Positions 57,803 through 64,000 of a stretch of 64,000 nt of DNA are shown piece after piece. Within the stretch, counting starts at the first letter, position 1. Each line of letters opens with the position of its first letter. Source of the DNA: Candidatus Kapaibacterium sp. (lineage in GTDB: Bacteria; Bacteroidota; Ignavibacteria; Kapaibacteriales; UBA2268); the NCBI GenBank assembly GCA_963664875.1, contig OY761611.1, positions 3,712,001-3,776,000 of the forward strand, written 5' to 3'. The notes under the pieces were generated by a model. It worked only from the letters and a program-made list of their open reading frames with translations, searched no databases and was not told the DNA's origin. Position numbers and translations under genes: made by a program.

Positions 57803-60800
57803 ATGAGGAAAAATCTACTTATTACCCTCGTTCTATGCCTTAGCTTCTTGATGGCAATACCCAATGAAGGGTTTGCTAATGTCAAAGAACTAAAACAAAA
57901 AATACGCGAACAAAGAGCTCGCGACTTCAAATTAGGTCAAGGTCAGATGGGCCGTAAGTTCATTGTGGCTATTCCGCCTAATGAATCAGCAGGCTATGGT
58001 TGGTCTGATTCCGCTATCGAGGTTTACATTGCAAGTGCTAATGATGTACTACTTGATATGGACATCATGGGTACAAAAAAGAAAAAAGCTCTCAAAGGTG
58101 GAGATGTTTTTACGATAAATGATGCAGAAGGACTTTCATATACTGCAGCAGAATGTAGAGAGCCAAATACTGCCACTACAAAAACAATCACAATAGAAGC
58201 AACAGGTCCTGTTTCTGTTTATGTGATGAACTCAAAAAATACAACTTCAGATGGCTATATGGCACTGCCGGTAGATTCTTGGCAGACAGAATATATGCAC
58301 TGCTCTTACTATGATAATTATGAAAGTGCAACAAACACTTTTGCTAACGGTTTCCTTATTATTGGCTCAGAAGACAATACAAAGGTAAATGTTAGGTTAA
58401 GAGGTGTTGGCGATAAAAACATTGCAACTTTGATGAAAGATGAAACAAAATCAATAGGAAGTGTTTTCAACGTTAAGGTCAATGCCGGGGAAGTTTATCA
58501 GATACAATCTGATGGTCTGACAAGAGGTCAGTTTGATCTTACCGGAACTTATATCAAAGCAGACAAACCAATTGGTATTGTATCATATCACTGGCGTACG
58601 GTTATTCCTATTCTTGAAAACAGCTCTCGTGACCACTTGTGTGCTCAACCTATGCCTGTAGATACATGGGGGCAGTATTATGCATCAGTTGCTTTAGCAA
58701 GAGGTGGTTCCACAAAAGGTGACTTGTTTAGAATTTTAGCACTTGAAGATAACACTTCTTACACCATGTCTTGGTATGACTTTAATACTAAAGAATCCTT
58801 AGGTGCGAGGAGTGGTGTTCTACAAAATGGTGGTGAATTTATTGAAATTTCTGATGTGATGAATGCAGATCCAACAGCTAAATCAGTTACAGGTACTTCA
58901 GTATTCCAAGCTGACAAACCAATATTCATTATGCAATATTCTTACTCTTCAGCATGGGATGGTGCTCAGTACGATCCTTTTATGTGGCCTGTAACTTCAG
59001 TTGAACAATATATTTACGGTACTATCTTCCAAGCACCTCCTAATAAAACATTTGGTGAAAACCACTTAAATATAGTAGCGTGGGATGATCCTAACGATCC
59101 GGAAAAGAAAGGTTTGCAATCAATTCTTTTTGATGGAACAAAAGTTGTTGATAAGATGCCTTCTTTCTTGTCTAACAGAATCCCTGGTACTGATTTGTAT
59201 TGGGCAAGATTCAAAATTGCTCCGGGTGTTCATAGCATGAGCACAGATGGTGTTGCGAAATTTGGTGGGTATATCTATGGATTCAAATCAGTTGACTCTT
59301 ATGGATGGCCTGCAGCTATGGCACTTAAAAAATTGTCTGAAACTGATACAGTTCCACCAGCAGTAAGCATTCAGGGTGAATGCGGCGAATGGACAGTTCA
59401 CGTGACTGAATTAACAATAGATCCTAATGTCAACGCAGATCCACGTCAGGTTGATACTGAAGTATGGGACGAGCCTGCAACTATCATAATGGACTCAACT
59501 ATTAAGGGTTACAAATATATTTCTTATAATATTAGTGAACCTCAGTATGTAAACAAAAACGGTCAACCACAGGATTGGAAATACGAACCGCATGATGACT
59601 ATCTCTTTAAATTATCTGTTTTAGATAAATTCCAAGATGCAAAATGCTATTTCTATGTTGCAGATCAGGAAGGTAATATAACAATTGACTCTGTAGAATA
59701 TTTTGCAGACTCTTTGAAAATCGTGAAGCCAGAATCTATAGTATTTGGCAGATGCCAAATTTTTCAAGATCACTTCATTGATGTTACTTTCCAAAACGCA
59801 GGAAGAGGACCTTTGCAGGTAAATACTAAAGAATTGGTTGATGGTGAGTTCTTTGAAATAGTAGAAGATTGGGGTGATTACGATGTAACAGAACTTGCTG
59901 TTGGCGAAGAAATGGAATTGAGATTGAAATACCACCCAACAGAAGAAGTCGAAGATCCCGAAGATTTCGATTTAGATTCAATATCATTCAAAGCTGAATG
60001 TTTGGACTTCAAATGGCCAATTGAAGGTCAGGGTGTAACTCCAAAAATTAAAGTAACTGAGTGGAAATCATCAAAGCCGGCATTCCCAGGCAATGAAATT
60101 GAAAAAACAGTTGCAAGTGGCTTCGATGGAGATGGCCTAAATGGTATAATTATCTCAAATCCGGGCTCTGACACTTTGATAGTTACTAAAGCTATGTTTG
60201 AAACTGTAATTCCTGAATTTAGATTCACTCCACGTGATAAAAACAATACTCCTGTAACATTCCCAATTGAAATTCAACCAAGAATGTTTAGTAAGGGAGA
60301 AGAGTGGAAAGTACAAATAATGGGTGAATATTTCACACCTTCAGCGATAGGTCGCTATCAGGATAATTTGGTATTCTCAAATAATGCATTTGATCCGATT
60401 GCTGAAAGCGATTCAATTTCTGAATGGGATCTTGTTTCTTCTCAAGGTACTGTAACTCTATCTGAATGCATATTTGGTATGCAGCATGTTGGCACTAAAA
60501 AAGTTATTAATGAAAAAGGTGCCCCTGCAACAGTAACTGTTGAGAATACAGGTAACGAAGTTGTTGTCGTAACAGAATTAGCATTTATTGATGCTGTTCC
60601 TTCTAACGACAATTTCATGTTCGTAGATGGTACCGGCAATTTAGTAGCTAAATACAATATTGATCCAAGTGATGATTATAAAGGTATAGAATTAGCCGAA
60701 GGCGAAACATATACATTTAATGTTGTATTTGTTCCATTTGAAGAAAGAGAAAATATACAAGCAAGAATTTTTGCTAAATACTATACTAAAACAGATTTAG

Positions 60801-62491
60801 ACAAAAAGTTCCAAGAAGATGCTACCAATATGCTTACCGGTCACGGAACAATGCCGAATGTGAAAGTAACAGAAGCAACATTTACTAAAACTGCACCGGG
60901 TAAAGCCTTAGCAGATGCTGAAGTAAAACAAATTGAGATTATAAACTCTGACGAACACGAAGTTTTAGAAGTTAGATCAATATCTATCAACCCAGCGTAT
61001 GCAAATGATTTTATTCCTGTAGCAATTGACGGTGTTCCGTATGCTAATGTAACATTCCCAATAACAGTACCGACAGAAGGTAAAGTTACTGTTGACTATG
61101 CATTTGCACCACCGTTAATGACACCAAACGTAGGTTTGGATCAGGTAGATCCTACAAACGGCTTCATCAAAGAAACAGACATTACAGTAAACTCTAACCA
61201 TGTGCCCGGCTCAGGCGTACCAGGCTATCAAATGGTTTACGAAGACTTTGTACAAAATTCAGTAAACCCTGAAGATGAAGGCTTCCTAAGAGGTTATGTA
61301 GTTGATGGTGATGCGACAGTAGAAGGCATTGCTTACGGTATGACAATGAGATGTAATAATCTTACAGCAAATGTAAAACTCAATAACTTATCTCAATCTC
61401 AAAATCTTATCGTTGACGAAATAGTTATTACAGAAGATGACAACAACGTATTCGTAGTAACAGATGCAGTAAAAGCTGTTCTTTACGGTTCAACAATCAC
61501 CATGGGTGGAAATTCAATCTGCGAAGTGCTTTTTGATCCTACAGCAGTAGATAAATCAATTTATGAAGCAGCACCTGGTATGACATTGAATTTTAGTGCA
61601 AAAGTAGCAATGAAATATCACTTTGTCGGTAGCACAGAAAAAGAAACAATGACAGCCGATTTGACAGCATCAGCAAGATTGCTTAATGTAGATATTTCAC
61701 AAAAAATTGAAACACGAGTAGGTACAGAGCTAAAAGCAATTCCGATACAGCCGGGTATGTTCTCATACAACACAGGCGGCAATGTACCACACTATACAAA
61801 CTACTTCTTCATTGAAATAGCAAACAAAGACGAATGGAGTGATTTGGAAATCAAATCATTGAGTATCACATACAAATACAAAAAAGAATGGATGGGCTTA
61901 ATCAAAGTAGATAAACCATTTGCTTTGAATGCAACTCCGGGCTTTGAAGTAGTGAAATCAAACACAGAAGAAGACGGCGAATATTTCTTAGATACTTACA
62001 CAATCAGCACAAGCGGAGCAGGATACTTAAACTATGCAGACGCAAGAGCAGCAATGCTTAACCCGCTATTCTTGCTGTATTTGAGTGGAGATACTAAGTA
62101 TATGCCTGAAATCACAAATGTAACATTTGCGACAAGAGATGAATGTATCACATACACATCTTCAACACAAGAAATTCCGTTAGTAAATTGTATTCAGGAT
62201 ATCAACCTAATCAGTTCAACAGGCGGAGCAAACCTTGCACCAAGCTTGGCACCAAATCCGGTGGTAGGCGAAACAGCAAGCATTAAATACGGCGTAGCAC
62301 TTAACGCACCTGCATCATTGAAAATCTACAATGAAAAAGGTGAAGTAGTGAAAGTAGTATTTGATTCTTACCAGCAAGCAGGTTCTTACGAAGTAAATGT
62401 ATCAACAAAAGATTTGCCAAGTGGTGCATACATCATCAGATTGGAACAAAATACATTTGTTGGCGAAGGAAGTATGGTAATTACAAAATAA
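57803..62491 (+). CDS. Large T9SS-secreted surface protein with IgGFc-binding-like N-terminal domain and Ig-like (ASH-type) repeats
   Basis: GGAGG RBS; signal peptide; GRKF.VAIPPN, TSDGY.ALP..SW..EY, DLTGT.I.ADKP, DP.M, DSYGWP; repeated F..V.N.G...L.V; CTD PNP...LPSG.Y. Confidence 0.85.
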   Translation: MRKNLLITLVLCLSFLMAIPNEGFANVKELKQKIREQRARDFKLGQGQMGRKFIVAIPPNESAGYGWSDSAIEVYIASANDVLLDMDIMGTKKKKALKGGDVFTINDAEGLSYTAAECREPNTATTKTITIEATGPVSVYVMNSKNTTSDGYMALPVDSWQTEYMHCSYYDNYESATNTFANGFLIIGSEDNTKVNVRLRGVGDKNIATLMKDETKSIGSVFNVKVNAGEVYQIQSDGLTRGQFDLTGTYIKADKPIGIVSYHWRTVIPILENSSRDHLCAQPMPVDTWGQYYASVALARGGSTKGDLFRILALEDNTSYTMSWYDFNTKESLGARSGVLQNGGEFIEISDVMNADPTAKSVTGTSVFQADKPIFIMQYSYSSAWDGAQYDPFMWPVTSVEQYIYGTIFQAPPNKTFGENHLNIVAWDDPNDPEKKGLQSILFDGTKVVDKMPSFLSNRIPGTDLYWARFKIAPGVHSMSTDGVAKFGGYIYGFKSVDSYGWPAAMALKKLSETDTVPPAVSIQGECGEWTVHVTELTIDPNVNADPRQVDTEVWDEPATIIMDSTIKGYKYISYNISEPQYVNKNGQPQDWKYEPHDDYLFKLSVLDKFQDAKCYFYVADQEGNITIDSVEYFADSLKIVKPESIVFGRCQIFQDHFIDVTFQNAGRGPLQVNTKELVDGEFFEIVEDWGDYDVTELAVGEEMELRLKYHPTEEVEDPEDFDLDSISFKAECLDFKWPIEGQGVTPKIKVTEWKSSKPAFPGNEIEKTVASGFDGDGLNGIIISNPGSDTLIVTKAMFETVIPEFRFTPRDKNNTPVTFPIEIQPRMFSKGEEWKVQIMGEYFTPSAIGRYQDNLVFSNNAFDPIAESDSISEWDLVSSQGTVTLSECIFGMQHVGTKKVINEKGAPATVTVENTGNEVVVVTELAFIDAVPSNDNFMFVDGTGNLVAKYNIDPSDDYKGIELAEGETYTFNVVFVPFEERENIQARIFAKYYTKTDLDKKFQEDATNMLTGHGTMPNVKVTEATFTKTAPGKALADAEVKQIEIINSDEHEVLEVRSISINPAYANDFIPVAIDGVPYANVTFPITVPTEGKVTVDYAFAPPLMTPNVGLDQVDPTNGFIKETDITVNSNHVPGSGVPGYQMVYEDFVQNSVNPEDEGFLRGYVVDGDATVEGIAYGMTMRCNNLTANVKLNNLSQSQNLIVDEIVITEDDNNVFVVTDAVKAVLYGSTITMGGNSICEVLFDPTAVDKSIYEAAPGMTLNFSAKVAMKYHFVGSTEKETMTADLTASARLLNVDISQKIETRVGTELKAIPIQPGMFSYNTGGNVPHYTNYFFIEIANKDEWSDLEIKSLSITYKYKKEWMGLIKVDKPFALNATPGFEVVKSNTEEDGEYFLDTYTISTSGAGYLNYADARAAMLNPLFLLYLSGDTKYMPEITNVTFATRDECITYTSSTQEIPLVNCIQDINLISSTGGANLAPSLAPNPVVGETASIKYGVALNAPASLKIYNEKGEVVKVVFDSYQQAGSYEVNVSTKDLPSGAYIIRLEQNTFVGEGSMVITK

Positions 62492-62526
62492 TCTTACTAA
62501 GAAAGATTATAGCTAATATATTTGTT

Positions 62527-62560
62527 AGGCTGCCTCATTATTGGGGCAGCTTTTTTTTTT
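62527..62560 (+). terminator. Intrinsic terminator
   Basis: GCTGCCTCA-ttat-TGGGGCAGC plus T10. Confidence 0.8.
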
Positions 62561-62670
62561 ATTTTAGGGGTAGGGGATTAGGCTCTGAATTATAATATAG
62601 AGAAGTAGTGATTCGCGATTATGTGGTTTATATTCTAAACTCTTTTAGCCAAATTAATGATCTTTTTTAT

Positions 62671-63540
62671 CTACAATACCTCTTGCTCTATAAAATGAGT
62701 GATCCAAAGTCCGGGCTTATTTGGCAAATCAAAAGTTACCCAATGCTTTGGATTATATCCTGAGTTGGCGTGCCAATAACCTGATTTCTTGCGTTTTTTT
62801 AGAATGTAATCCAAAGCAGCTCTGCATCTGTTGTCGCTTAGTTTCTCCTGCTTTTTCATTAGAGCCAGCAACTCTAAAATATTTGTTCTATAACTAAATG
62901 GGTAGGTCAGCTTGATCATATAGTCTCTGATCGGTGAGCTATCAGTTTGTTTTTGGTATAGGTGGTGTGACAAAATGTATTCTAAACCCTGATTCAATTT
63001 TGCTGTTATGTCGGTATCACACTTACCTGATGCGACATAATCACTAAGAGCAATTACAGATTTGACTACTCCAATGTAGCAAGGAGTTCTTTTCAGACAA
63101 GCCCCGTATTTTTTGGAGCTGCTACCCTGCCATTTAGTCTGAAAGTTTCTTTCGAACCCCTGATGTTCAATTATCCATCTAATCCCTTTGTATAATTCTG
63201 GCAAGTCATTGTAGCCGGCTTTGATCAATACAGAACAAATCATAGCATTGTAGCAGGATAAAATATTATCCGGTTTTCCGGTGTAGGAAAATCCATCTCC
63301 GCAGGCACTTTTTTCTAAAAGATATTCCAAAAGCAATTTTGACTTAGGCAATTCAATAGCAAATGGTATTTCTAATACTTGAATAAGTCTGTTCATGACG
63401 TTTAATACATCATATTCAAAGTCTGCTTCAAGCTTCGCCACAAGAGCTGATTGTTCCAGATACTCTAATGCATCAGAATAAGTAAAGATTTTGCCTTGAT
63501 TTGCAAGCGTTTTAAGCTCAAATGCAGAATCTACTGACAT
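62671..63540 (-). CDS. Hypothetical protein, prenyltransferase/squalene-oxidase-like alpha/alpha toroid
   Basis: SCYNA, GIRWI..HQ, GLEY.L.H.LY, YPF.Y..NILE.L, ALDYI..KR...G.W, P..WIT. Confidence 0.65.
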   Translation of the reverse strand: MSVDSAFELKTLANQGKIFTYSDALEYLEQSALVAKLEADFEYDVLNVMNRLIQVLEIPFAIELPKSKLLLEYLLEKSACGDGFSYTGKPDNILSCYNAMICSVLIKAGYNDLPELYKGIRWIIEHQGFERNFQTKWQGSSSKKYGACLKRTPCYIGVVKSVIALSDYVASGKCDTDITAKLNQGLEYILSHHLYQKQTDSSPIRDYMIKLTYPFSYRTNILELLALMKKQEKLSDNRCRAALDYILKKRKKSGYWHANSGYNPKHWVTFDLPNKPGLWITHFIEQEVL

Positions 63541-63551
63541 AAGGATACCTC

Positions 63552-64000
63552 TTATCTATCATAATTAGATAAAATGTTATTTGCCTTGATTTTGATTTCA
63601 TTGATTAGTGCATCAGGTTTTCTGACAGTCAAAATATCTCCCCAACTCATAATCCATGAAATAAGATCCGGAGCTATGGGGCAGTGCATTTTTATTATGG
63701 TGATGCCGTTTTCATTAATCATTTTTTGAGAAGGGTGGAAAGTTCGATTTTGAAAATAATGCTCAGAACCCATTCTAATTTCCAACTCGCAGTGATGCTT
63801 ATCTCCATCAAATACACCAAATCTGTCTTTTGTGAATTTATCAAATTTGAATTCCGGAATAGTAGCCGGTGGATTGTCAGCAATTTTGAGATCTAAAATA
63901 CTTTCAAGTTTGAGTGACCTGTGTTTTTTGTATTTTGGTACATAATATGCGATATAGAGAGCACCTCTATAAGTAAATATTTTTTCCAAAAGAGCCATAA
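63552..64000 (-). CDS. WYL/WCX-domain transcriptional regulator, partial (runs off the right edge)
   Basis: GALYIAY...RSLKLE.I (WYL), FGVF.G, FHPSQ, LISWIMSWG..L.V..P..L (WCX). Confidence 0.85.
   Translation of the reverse strand, partial: MALLEKIFTYRGALYIAYYVPKYKKHRSLKLESILDLKIADNPPATIPEFKFDKFTKDRFGVFDGDKHHCELEIRMGSEHYFQNRTFHPSQKMINENGITIIKMHCPIAPDLISWIMSWGDILTVRKPDALINEIKIKANNILSNYDR

Overview
AT-rich bacterial chromosomal window from an FCB-group organism, most likely Ignavibacteria/Kapabacteria-like. This is inferred from the T9SS genes porU/porV, T9SS C-terminal cargo domains, Bacteroidota-type TAnnTTTG promoter boxes and Shine-Dalgarno motifs. Most genes are housekeeping or envelope genes (pdxB, panB, maeB, ftsY, mutS, mtgA, cydAB, split rfaE, ilvE, satP, three tandem tRNA-Val). 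The unusual elements are: (1) a ~750 bp hairpin-rich intergenic repeat, present as two inverted copies bracketing satP, a glycosyltransferase and an intact but orphan phage terminase large subunit, plus a third partial copy after the tRNA array; (2) an IS1-like transposase whose catalytic acidic residues appear lost, with no visible IS ends (possible domestication); (3) a 2368-aa enzyme fusing two FkbM methyltransferases, a ParB/Srx + NDK-like + nucleotidyltransferase-like module and three glycosyltransferase domains, next to a large T9SS surface protein; (4) a TonB-dependent receptor and an internally duplicated T9SS protein behind a Pho-box-like 11-bp tandem repeat. All calls come from motif recognition by eye; no searches were run.
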